DNA from: Geosiphon pyriformis uo1
Lineage: Eukaryota; Fungi; Glomeromycota
NCBI GenBank assembly: GCA_016748015.1
Contig: JAAOMT010000235.1
Span: 1-64,000 of the forward strand
Length of the DNA: 64,000 bases
Direction of reading: 5' to 3'
The translations under genes and the position numbers were made by a program. The notes beneath the pieces are model-generated. The model worked only from the letters and a program-made list of their open reading frames with translations. It made no database searches and had not been told where the DNA came from. How positions within the stretch are numbered: position 1 is the first letter of the stretch; every line of letters starts with the position of its first letter. Positions 13,130-25,029 of the stretch are shown here, piece after piece.

Positions 13130-13970
13130 GGAAACATGCTGTTGGTAATTAACTGGGAAATCATGAGAATGTGTGTGTGGGTGCTGGGTGAATAATCTAG
13201 AATATCAAGTGTTTTTTTATTTATATAAAGAAATAGTCAAATGTTGGAGTGTTATCCTATTTCTATGCAGTTATTTGGCTGAGTGTGAGCGAAAATATTT
13301 CATTGGGATTTTTCATTTTTAACAACCTCGTATATGGAGCGTGGAGTAACGTGATCAAAATTTTTCTGTGCATTATATATTATTTTTTATTTCGTTCCAT
13401 TATCTCCCTCACATTTGTATATATCCCTTCTTGCTGTCTATTATTCTTAAGTCTATGCTTCTTTTTCATCTATGGAGATCTTTCATTCAATTTTCATTAG
13501 AGAATGGTTAAAATATGTTCCTTAACCGTTGTGACTTTCTTAAACATTGTTTTTGCTGGCTTTGGTGTTTGGTGAATTGCTCTGAAATTACGATTTTTGC
13601 TTAAACTTGCAATGTTTTTAAAGAGTTCAAAAGACTTCTTTGGGCCCCAAAAGCTTTCTTAAAAAAAAGGTGAAAGAGTTGCAATAGACAAGGTAAAGAG
13701 ACGACGATTAGTAAATGCACAAGTTGACACAAATATTTTTTGACCCAATAGGTTCGGTCGTATTCCACAATTCAAGGGCATTGGGATTAACCCAAATAGT
13801 GATGATATCGTAGTTTGGAAAAACAGGATAATTAAGAGTAGATGAGTTGTTATTATGATTGATGTTTAGGGCGAAGTTACCAAGGTAGAGTTTCCAAGCT
13901 TTATGTGTAAACCTGCATAAATTTCTAAAAAAATTTCGATGTTCAAGTTTTCAGTTACCGGCTCGAAAAC

Positions 13971-15539
13971 CTAATCAACAAATACACGTTGATCGATCTC
14001 ATGGAAATCCTCAAAAAATGTCTAAAAACAACAATGGGAGAACAACATTAATCCAGTCATAAGATTATAAAATATTCCAATGATACGTACTTCAAATAGG
14101 TTGATTGCGTGAACAACATCCTCCGTGCCTGATACCTCCCGAATGGAATGCATACTCAGTTGTGGATTACCAACGTCTAAAGAACGAACTTCAATAAGAT
14201 TCTCAAAAAAACAAATTTGGTAGAAATTACAATATTTTCACTTGCCAACAGTACGTAAGCCCAAGTTTGTACTAATCATTGGTCCAATAGTTGAACCACA
14301 GGAACTGTCTGCACGGACAACAAATTCTTGTAGTGGCACCTTTCTTTTCTTGGCGATCTCTCGCAAAATGAATGAAGTAACAGACGTAGTTGCGTAACGC
14401 TGATTAGCGTTTAACTTGATTACAACGCCTTTGTGCATCTGTGGACGATGATTTTCTTCATGTTTTTCCGCATAATTGGGATGAACAGCATGTGCCATAT
14501 CTGCGCTGATCAAAAAACTCTTTTGTACGGTTTCTTGAAAGATAGTTCCAGAAGTCATCACATGATCCCCAATTTTGGACAAGGTCAATCTTCGGATAGT
14601 GTGTTCTAAAAGGCTTGAATCTGCCCCATGGGCTGTCGCACTTCCGACCTCCTCATTATCAAATAGGGCAATCATTCGAATATTTGGCTCATCCAGCAGA
14701 GATCTACCTTCATCTGCATTAGTGCTGTTGATCAAAGCAACCAATGCAGTATATGACATCATTAAATTATCGAGACGGGCAGAGAAAATGAATTCATTGT
14801 AAGCACCACCAATCGTTGCGGCATGGACATCATAAAGACATAATTCAAAATCTTTAATTTGCTCGACTTTTATATTTAATTCTTTTGCCAATATATTAAG
14901 CAATACTGAGTGATGATTGGGTGGCTCAGGATGGTCACCGTTAACAATGTTAACTGAGGCGTCTAAATTCTTGGTGACAGTAGCTAATAATGGAGTCAGG
15001 TGTGTTTCCTTGTTGAATTTAAATCCATTGGTGTTTACCTCCCGGTCGAGATGAATTGCCAATGTGGGAACACGAAGGATGGGTCTCGATATTCGAACAA
15101 GTTTACCATAATAAGTATTATTATTCGACTCAATAATTACACGGCCGGCGACACTCAAATCACGGTCGAACCAGGTATGCCATAGCCCTCCTCCATACGG
15201 TTCTACACCTACTTGCAAATATCCAACACTTTGTTTCTTTGATATAGGTTTCAACTTAAGACAAGGGGAATCTGTGTGGGCACCGACTATTGACAGACCA
15301 TTTCCAGGAACATATTTTCCACCAATGGCAAAAGCAACTAACGTGCTTTGATTTCTAGTGAAATAATATTTACAGTTTGGCTTTAAAATCTTTTCCCAGC
15401 TCTCACGTTCTTGAATTTTCTCATAGCCTGCAGCAGCTAAATGCTTTATAGCTTCTTGAACTGCGTGGAAGGGAGAAGGTGAACTATCAACAAATTTTAT
15501 AAAATCCTCAGCTTCCTTGGGAGGCTTAATTTCTGTCAT
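13971..15539 (-). CDS. APE4: Aspartyl aminopeptidase (M18 family, DNPEP/Ape4), 3 exons
   Basis: SPSPFHAV, GAHTDSP, WFDRDL, RLDNL, FDNEEVGS, SADMAHAVHPNY, CGSTIGP, spliced DVGNPQLSMHSIRE; introns 14245-14177 and 14090-14022; stop at 13971. Confidence 0.95.
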
Positions 15540-15991
15540 CCTGGCTAAAAGTGGAAATTATTGTTAAATGTTGCTTCTTAAAATGATTGGGCTACTGATT
15601 CTATAGTCTGAGTAATATAAATTTATATATAATTATCAATTAATATTTAAATTAAAATTATTTATTATTATATAAGGTAAGAGGGAGAATGGAGGTATTG
15701 TGGCGAAGTTAGAAAATGGGTATACTTTCACGCATCTTATTCTCGCACGCGAATTTATTGGCACAATATCTCATTCACCCTTTACTTTATTTGAACATTA
15801 AATTTAAAAAATATTACATTTTTTAATTATAAAATTTGATTTTTGCATTTTAAATATTATTTTAAATTATAATATTAAAAAAGATTATATTGATCAATAA
15901 CATACCAATATTAGTCACGTAATAAAATTTATTTATGAGTCATCATATCTATTAAGTCTAATATTTTCTTTTTCATCTCACACCCATAATC

Positions 15992-16629
15992 ATGGCCTTG
16001 TATGCTATAAACGCTTCACGGATTTATTTTCACGTTTCAAAACCCCCCACTTGCATGCAGGATTCACGACGAGTATTCGATTATTTTGCAAAGAAAGGAG
16101 AATTGACTATTTACTCTTTTGTAAAGGTTTGTTCTTTCGATTGAGCGCTTTTCAAAACCAACCTTCCCCATTCCCAAACATTTGGTCGTTTAAGTCAACT
16201 TCCAACAAATATTTGTCTCCCTTCCAATCATTATCGATTACTAAGAGTTAATTTGAAATCAATTCAGTCTCCTGATTCAAAAAGTTACAATCGCTATGGA
16301 TTCCTATCCTTTAAGGATGAATCAGTTACCAAAGAGGTCCTTGATACCAAATTTCATAAAGTAGACTTTTTGGAACTGCCTATCGAAGTTTCACTTGCAG
16401 CTCCACAGTCATGCACGGGTCGGTTATAACTTAAACCCCTATGTTAATTTTAATTTGACTCCTCAATATCCTCTAATATTTTATTTGAACGGATCACACT
16501 ATAATAGGAAAGAAAAACGTACCATATCATCTTGGAAGAGCCAATCCCAATGCCATATGGAGTGGTTTCTATAAAGATCCAGCTTCACGATATCTTCCCA
16601 ATCCTCCAAACAACAAAAGCTCTACTTGA
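15992..16629 (+). CDS. Small single-RRM protein (spliced; absent from the ORF track)
   Basis: Exon 15992-16126 (MALYAINASRIYFHV...VFDYFAKKGELTIYSFVK), GT-AG intron 16127-16267, exon SPDSKSYNRYGFLSFKDESVTKEVL (RNP1-like)...IEVSLA. Either stops at 16429 or splices 16419-16507 to a last exon ending at 16629. Confidence 0.65.
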
Positions 16630-17105
16630 TTCTAACATATAATCGAACACTCGCAATTCTTTTAGGATGATGCGAGTGTTCTATAATTTCAGAGGGAAAT
16701 ATTATAGGCAAAGTTGAAATTTGAAACTGTAATGATAAACAGAGATTAGTTGAACTTCATCTATTTCAAGGTCTTGATGGGATCAGCTAGAATTCACCAA
16801 CTATATGGAAATCAGGTTAAGTAATAACATAGCCACCCTTATTAAAGGATTTAAAATCAAAAAGCGTCGATTTCTTTGGAGATTTGGGAGTCTCGAAGCT
16901 ATGCGTCAAATGCTTGATTGAATATTGTTTTCATTGTTAAAGGGTGGCGAATCAAATTGGAAATAGGCAGGTAGAAAATTATAATACGAGTAATCTTGCA
17001 TTCACTTTCTCTGGATCTCCATATCTGGATGTTTGTCTCAATTCAAATTCATGACATTTACGCATATGTAGTATCTTATTGAAATTGGTTTTTTATTCGG
17101 ATTAA

Positions 17106-18089
17106 TTAATTTTCGTTACGTTTTTTTGGCACTCTATATCCGAAACACATAAAATACCCTTCGGTTGATTTTGCACGTGAAGCGCTTGGTTTTTCATTTT
17201 TTACTGTTGTAAACTTACTCCTTAATATCGTTTTAAAATCATGCTCAGTACCTCCCATCAAGAACTATGGATCATGTAAAAGAAAAACTGAGCATAATTA
17301 TCTCTGATGAAATGACTTCAATTCCTAAATATATTACAAACCTTACAAAGAAAAGTACCCCCCTGTTTCAAACTTTGCTCTGAGAACCTCAATGCAGATT
17401 CGCACAATTCCTTTCATATGAAGTGGGAAATGTAAAGATAATATTATAAACAATTTGTTTTCATCATTTTTTGATTCCATTATCAATTTACCATCGATCT
17501 GGCATGATCCGCGGTATGTTGGCCTGAGAAATTCGGAGCCATGTCACTAACAACAACATCTGCCATCCTTCCCTCTAATAATTCCATTACTCTTGTTTGT
17601 ATTTCACTTTCATTAAAATCACCTTTCAGAATATTGACCCCAGTTATAGCTTCTATAGGCAGCAAATCTATTGCTATTATACGACCTTCATCAATCGGGA
17701 AAGTATCATGTTCTTGAAGTTTGGGAAACACTTTTTGTGCAATGTATTGACTCCAGCTACCGGGGGCTGCGCCACAATCCACTACTATTGCTTTTGGTTG
17801 TATAAACTGGTATTTTTCGTCGAGCTGCATCAGTTTATAAATACTACGGGCCCCTTAAATAATTTGCCGTTATATTAGCCATAAATAATCCAACAGAGGA
17901 AAAGTTGGAGGTATTTATTAACACTCTACGATAATTTTCTGCCATCGCCTTCTTTACATATTGATCTCTTGTTTGCCGTGCAATCCAATTTTTTGAAGAG
18001 ACAGACGAAGCGAAACGTGCATTAATCGCGAAATTATGGGCGATGGTTGACGAAATGCATTTTGAAAATGAATGTATAGCGATTTTCAT
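17106..18089 (-). CDS. MRM2: Mitochondrial rRNA 2'-O-methyltransferase (FtsJ/RlmE family), multi-exon
   Basis: WIARQTRDQYVKKA, spliced YRARSIYKL, VVDCGAAPGSWSQ, IDLLP, VVSDMAPNFSG, KPSASRAKSTEGY; stop at 17106. Confidence 0.92.
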
Positions 18090-18352
18090 TATGTTCAAAC
18101 TGTACTAATAAAAGAAATACGTATAATAAAAAAATTGTTTGTAATTAATAAAAAACAATGAACTAGTAAGTTTATATTAATATGGATAATTATTTTATTT
18201 TATTATATTATGTATTTTATTAATAAAATAAAATTGTTTTATAAAAGATTATCGATATAGTTTTCATCAACTTTGTGATTAATTAGATTAATTAGATCAC
18301 ATTTCATATATCGAGTTAGACAACTTGAAAGTAAGACTTTTACGTTTGGCTA

Positions 18353-20218
18353 ATGGACTTTACCGGTGCCTCCATTTGTAAGGAGTCTCCCGATTCTCCC
18401 CTTCCGAAAACTTGGGACATTCTTTTGCCCAACCAGGCCGAGTACGTTTCTCGAATCGCAGTTGATGTAGGTTTTTTAATAGCTTTGATGTTGGAGTCAC
18501 ACTGATTTTCAGGTCATTTAAATTTAATACCTCAACTCCAAGATTGGCGGCTCCTTAGCAAAATTAGTTTATTTTTCTCGCGATCCAGCGACCTCTTCGA
18601 CAACAGGTGGTCGTTTAAATTTCACCAAATTTGAGACGGAAAAGATCCATGAATGCATTGATTTTATTGCAAAGCTTATTTCAGCCCGAAAGCTAGCTGG
18701 TAATAAAGACAAGGAAGAGGTTGTAATAAAAGCTACTGGTGGAGGTGCTCATAAACATTATAAAATGTTCAAGGAATATTTACCAGAAGTTAGAGTGGAA
18801 AAGGAAGATGAAATGAATTGTTTAATCACTGGTAAAGTCAAATTAATTTTCCCTTTTTGAAGAAGAGATTCTAATTATTTTAATTTTAAAAAAGCAATTT
18901 TAATTTCTTTGGAATTAATTCAATAAACTAGGTGGGAACTTCTTAATTTCTAAAATTCCATATGAAGTTTTCACCTATAGCGATAAAGATCCCATGCGCT
19001 TTGAAGAGCCCCCGGAAAATATTTTCCCATATATGGTAAATTAGCTTTTGTCGAAAAAAATTGTTAAGTGATTTCGATCAGTATAAAAATCAAGTAAAGA
19101 TTATCGGGATAGATTATAATCGAAATCTTATTTTTATTCAATTGCTCTTCTCATCCCAATTTGTCATCCCATTTCCCCTCGATTTATAACCTTATTAAAT
19201 GATCTCTCAAAGCTGGTTAACATTGGGTCGGGTGTGAGGTAAATTGTTTTTTTTTTGACATTTTAATTTATAAGAAATAATAATTTTTTTGATAAACTTG
19301 AAAAATAGTATACTCAAAGTTACAGGAACAGATAAATTTGAACGGATATCCGGTACCCCTGTAAGATTAACATGATGAACTTTTGTTTTGGAAACTTTAA
19401 AACCCTATTTAACATGATATTATTTTAAATTTATATAAAGTTGGGAGGTGGAACTCTATGGGGCTTACTTTCTTTATTAACCAGCGCAAACTCGTTCGAT
19501 GGTAGATTTTTCATTTTTTTTATATCAATTTAATTAGAGAAAATAATCCTTTCTAATAAATTTTGATCCAATATATGAGTCTATCTTAGAAATGTTGGAT
19601 ATGAGTAAACATGGAGATAATAAGAATGTGGTACGTGTTGATTCAAAAGACATTTTAAAAATACACATTTTTGATTTGATTCTTTTGAATAGGATATGTT
19701 AGTTGGGGATATATACGGGACAGATTATACTAAGATTGGTCTTGCATCATCAGTTACTGCTTCTTCAATGGGCAAGGTTTTTCGAGAGGAAATAAAACAC
19801 AAAACTGAAGGTATCAGGAGTGAAGATATCGCTCGATCTGTTTTGCTTATGATTAGGTAAGTAGATCAATTAGTTTTTTTCTAATAAATTAATATTTTTT
19901 TCTTTCCTTAATTTCGATTATATTAGCAATAATATAGGCCAGATTGCTTATTTAAATGCTCAAGCACATGGATTGAAAAGATTATATTTTGGTGGTTATT
20001 TCATACGAGGTATTGAAATTTTGTTACTATTTCCTACCTTAAAAAAGATAATAAAAATAAACCTTCTTTCATTGAATTCATTACAAGGTCATTCTATTAC
20101 TATGAACACTTTATCATACGCAATCGATTATTGGTCTAAAGGAACGATCAAAGCACTCTTTCTTCGCCATGAAGGATACTTGGGTGCTGTTGGTGCTTTT
20201 CTTGAAGGTAAAAATTAA
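18353..20218 (+). CDS. CAB1: Type II (eukaryotic) pantothenate kinase, many short exons
   Basis: [87 protein letters not shown], separated by GT-AG introns. Confidence 0.93.
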
Positions 20219-20613
20219 GATTAAGTTTAAAATCGATCCACCTTGAAAATCATGTGAATCCGATTTATAATAGGTTGTATCAATAAAAAGTGATAAATAT
20301 TATAATATATACATATGATCAATATAAATAACAAATTTTCTTTGTTTTTTTATAATGCTTTATTAAGTGAGATTCAATCATTATTATTGTTTTATTTTAG
20401 CAATTTTTAGAAGAATTTTTAAGTTTTTATTTAATAAATTACAAAAACAAACAAATAATTTCTTAATAATACAAATTAAAAAATAAATAAAATAAGAAGT
20501 ATTTGTTTTTAATTTAATAAATTTTTAATGTTATATAAGTAAAATTTTTGGTTATTAATCTAATTTTATTTTTTTAAAAATTATTTACAAAAAATTATTA
20601 AAATAGTTAAACA

Positions 20614-23512
20614 TTTTTTTTTTATTAAAATTTTACGAATACAATCCAACCACTACCTAAATATATAAAATCAAAACAGATCCTAAATTAAGTATGGCTC
20701 ATGTTTTTTCTACATATAACCAGCCACTTGGACCAATTAAGGCAGCATTACACATCCAGACTATTTACTATAGAAATACTATTCAAAAAACCAAAATCCA
20801 ACTTGAACAGACATAAATACAATCTAAAGCATACATAAATACCTAACCTAATACCAAAATCTCATACCATCTCAAAAGACCACAAGGATGACAAATCAGA
20901 CACTAAAGGGAAAAAAAAACCATTATGTGACAGGAAATTGTGTTTTTCATAGTAAGATCTCAACTTAGCTATAGGTAACCAAATGGCAAATTTGTAACTT
21001 TTAGCAATACCTTGAACCAATTTGACAACTATTGCATTACCCTCAGAACCAGTGCCCAAACAGCTTACTGTGTTAACCACCCAACTTTTCAAAACAAACT
21101 CCTTAGCCAGAGCCATATATAAATTAATAAAAGAAACAGTCTTACTCAGAAAATAAGCAATTACATTCCTACTGGCAAAGTTGCCTAATAATACATCTCA
21201 TTCTAGAACAGTATTAGACAATAAGTTTTCCCTAATTTTGCTATTATAAGCACAAAAAAATATGTAATCAGAGTCTTTTATCATCTCACATTGGATGTAA
21301 GCAATACTTAAATATTTAGAGTTATATATTCTCTTTCTTTTAACCATTGACAAGTAATGATGTAGTGCTTTTATAAAGAAAAACCAAAGTGTTGCCAACA
21401 CAGAACTGGTAAAGCTTAATTGGATCTTTCTGTTAAGATGCTAAACATTAAAAGTTTTAACCATATCTAAACCACCACAGAAATTTATATTCACAACTTT
21501 ACCAACACACCTGGCTTTTCATTTAACAAAATTAACTTGCATTAAATAATTTTTTAGCAAAATAACAAGCATTTCCAGAAACAGATCTGCCTTCAATACT
21601 AAAAAAATAATATAGCACCACAAAAGGCAGAAAGAACCTAAAAGTGATTACAGTATTGACATAGAAATCAGCATGCTCATTTCCAATATTGCCAAAATTA
21701 TTTTTGATCTTTTTCTAAATAACCAACAAACTTTTTCTTAAAATGATCTGATAAATATGTTCTTTTTCAATTCAGCATTTGTTATAAAAGTCAAGACCAA
21801 ATACATTATTGTTAGATTTGCACATGTTAAGCAAAGCTTGGCTGTCTATAAACAAGGTAATTAATCAAGAAACAAGTACACACTTTAAAGCAAGAGTAAT
21901 AGTCTGCAGCTCTACTAGAATTAAGGATAACAATTTATTCACCTTAACTTTAACATTAGTGTTTATATTCAAAAAATAGACAGCAATATCACCACAAGCA
22001 CTTAATGAACCCAGACCTTTGACAGAGCCATCTATGTAAACAGTTACAAAACCCAACCCAGAATTCAGCAGACATTTACCAATATAGCTGAAGTTACAAA
22101 AAATATTAGCAGAGACAGAATAAGGAAACAACAGCACACCACTCAACAAACTACTTTCACTAATAAATTTAACCAAAAAAACAAACCAGACAAGAACTGG
22201 GTCTCTAAAGTCTAGTTTTTTTTACCTGTGAAAAGTATTCTACATGAAACACATGCCATAATGATCCAGAAACTGGTCTACAAACATAATATTGTACCTT
22301 CTAAAAGATTTTACCATACCCAAATAAGACTATGAGCCCAGCACATCCAGAACTACAATTCTATTTCCAGCCCAAAAAACATTAGACAGATTATTATCTA
22401 AAAACAAGTTGTACAAATTAAGAACACATGTTGTACCAGTCAGAAAACAATTTATTAGATCAATTAGCAATTTGACCAGAATTTGGAGAAAATGCTAAGG
22501 TATTCAGCTAGTGGTCTATAGCTCTATGGCTTTGTGTTTGAATAACTTGCTAAGAATTCTACCAGTGTTAGTAAAATTAACTAAACCAGCCAACAGGTTT
22601 TCAGTCAGCACTTGTTCAAAAGTCCTTAAACCATACAACTCAGAATAATATAAAGCTTTATTCAGAAAATTCTTAGACAGATTGGCCTTAAGTTTTAATT
22701 CTTTTTTTAATATTTTGTTATATTTCTTATACACACTTTTTGAAACACAACTAAACTGCAGTTTATAGCCAATTATAGACTGCAAAACAGCAAAAACCAA
22801 ATACAAAAACTGCTTTTTAATAATGGTCTTTCTCAAAACCATATTTGAAAAAAATTTGACATTAAAATAAGCTTTGGCTAAGCTCAGCTTGAATATGTTA
22901 TTTGTTGAAAAAAAAATCCTTAAGTATTAATGAGCCTCACATCTTTTTGCAATAGAAATACTAAAACCACTAATAGACAGCAAAGCATTTTTGGCTCTTT
23001 GATTAATAGAAATAGTGACTGTTTTGTTTGTATTAATGAAAATGTCATTGATTGAAAAAAATCTATTTACAATGTCCAAAATACATTGTGTAACTGCCAT
23101 GCAATTCTCAACCCAAATAGTGTCATCTACAAAAGCACTAGCTACAAAGAAGAAAACTTTACTGCTCTTAGAATCAATCTTATCAGTCTTTTTAAAAATT
23201 TCAAACTTAATTTGTAATTACACAATTTTTTATGTCTTTTGACCTCACAAAGCAAAATATTTTCCATAGTAATGATAAGAAGACTTTTTCTTGATCCAAC
23301 TCATCATAAACAGTATATCTATCAATCAGTTCAAAGTTTGTCATTACCTAGTTGGTTCAGCCATTCTGTATACTTCCAAAAAACTTTATAAAATAAGAAT
23401 AACTTTTTAATTTTAGCTAAGATGCTCTGCAAATAAAACTATCTGACTGAGTTATAAGCTTTTTACATGTCTTGCAAAACCAACCACAACTTTCTATTCT
23501 TTTCCAATGCAT
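20614..23512 (-). mobile_element. LINE L-1, 3' part (RT, RNase H, C-terminus, poly(A)); decayed
   Basis: LWLVLQDM*KAYNS, FFVASAFVDDTIWV, RNase H VYIDGS...VELQTI, poly(T) at 20614-20623 on + strand; many stops. Confidence 0.85.
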
Positions 23513-24465
23513 TGTTACCAGAGGTTTTTGGTCTCTTTTCTTGAGTGTTGTAACTGTCTGTTGGTTGCAAATTCACGTTTTTTAGAAGTAGTTGAACCTC
23601 CAATAACTGAATTTATCTTCAAATTATCTTCTATAATTTGAACTGCTGGGCTTATAAGTGAAATGGCCAATTCCTTGCCAGTTGCTTTATGTAGTTATAT
23701 TGTAGTAAATGTCAACTCTTTCCCAGGAATTGCTCGTCTGGAAGCTCACTAAAAATGTGTAGTTATTTTGCTGTAAAAGTTAATTCTTCTACAGGAATCT
23801 TGTCTGTAGGCTACTCTAATGATTATAGTAAGAAAAATACAAGAAAATAAAAGAAATGTAAAAGAAATAGAATTTTGTCAAGAGAAATGTTTTCTATCCA
23901 GGACTGGAGTCACTAACAGTTTACTGAAATTGGTAGCTAATCAATTTCAAAACATTAGTTGGGTTTTAAAAATTTTCCAAGTGCAATAATTAAAGAATTT
24001 GGTTTTTCGAATTATTTGATATTTATTTCTTTTTGTGTGTGTAGGAATGGTTCTAAGTGATAAATCTAAAGTAAGATACATTTTCCAGAAGAGAAAAGCT
24101 CTTCTTTTATACAACTTGTTGTAGTACTAGTTTATGAACTTGCACTTTTTTTCTCTTTGCCCAAATTCTGGCAAACTAAAAATACATTTTGATGAACTAC
24201 AAGTTATTTCACTGAACTATTGATTAATTTGGGTGAACTATTCATAATTTCGGCGAATTTTTGAATGTTACAAAGTTCAGGGTATTGTGTAATTTGATCA
24301 TCTTACTTTCTGTTATACTAATTAGATTATTTTACTTGAATCGTGATATGTGATAATTGATTAAATAATAAATGATAATTTGAAATGATATTAATATACT
24401 AATGAATTATAGAAATTATAAGGGTAATTTCATGCTAATTAATAGCTAAAATTCTACTGGTAACA
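23513..24465 (-). repeat. 3' LTR of A
   Basis: Direct repeat of 39336-40305; preceded on the minus strand by PPT GAGGAGGAGATTA. Confidence 0.95.
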
Positions 24466-24830
24466 TAATCTCCTCCTCAAAACTGAGCTCTATCAAAGTC
24501 CAAGCACTATCTGTAATATTGAGATAGTGATCTAAAATGATTGAAGTAATCTGGTCTGAAAATTGTTAAAATTTCAGTTCTGTGAATTTGCCAATGTATT
24601 GGACTTTCATTGATTGCAGTATTGGATTTTGTAGAACATTTTCACAAGTATTAAACAAATCATAGAGTCTAAAAGCTGCTCTAAGTTTGTAGCAAGTGTT
24701 TGTTGGTCCAGCTGCTGTTTTGAATTCATTGTAAATTTGTTTTTGTATAACTTCAGGAGTGAGATTTGTTGCTTCAAGTTCCAGTTTTCGTTTATAAAGT
24801 GTTTTTCCAATTTGAAAGTATCTATAAATA
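24446..24830 (-). pseudogene. Element A accessory ORF3, C-terminal part (start hidden in the N gap)
   Basis: Hand translation IYRYFQIGKTL...KLRAAFRLYDLFNTCENVLQNPILQSMKVQYIGKFTELKF*...IELSFEEEIMLPVEF*; one internal TAA; stop lies inside the LTR. Confidence 0.72.
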
Positions 24831-24987
24831 NNNNNNNNNNNNNNNNNNNNNNNNNNNNNNNNNNNNNNNNNNNNNNNNNNNNNNNNNNNNNNNNNNNNNN
24901 NNNNNNNNNNNNNNNNNNNNNNNNNNNNNNNNNNNNNNNNNNNNNNNNNNNNNNNNNNNNNNNNNNNNNNNNNNNNNNNNNNNNNNN
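24831..24987. other. Assembly gap (others at 26972-27001 and 39316-39335, all within element A)
   Basis: N runs. Confidence 0.99.
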
Positions 24988-25029
24988 TTTCGGGGAATAT
25001 CTTCAGGATTAATTAAAGGGGAATGTGTA

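Noticed and set aside
13249-13500. 83-aa hydrophobic ORF
   Set aside because: Non-ATG start, lying in the T-rich 3' UTR region of the RanBP2-finger gene.
7612-18089. Functional cluster of RNA-metabolism genes (Dss1, Nrp1-like, RRM, Mrm2)
   Set aside because: Interleaved with unrelated housekeeping genes and no shared regulatory motif seen; chance adjacency is sufficient.
24165-24260. Regularly spaced short repeats as a CRISPR-like array
   Set aside because: Units are 20-21 bp with only ~7 nt variable, lie inside LTRs in a eukaryotic context, and no cas genes are present.
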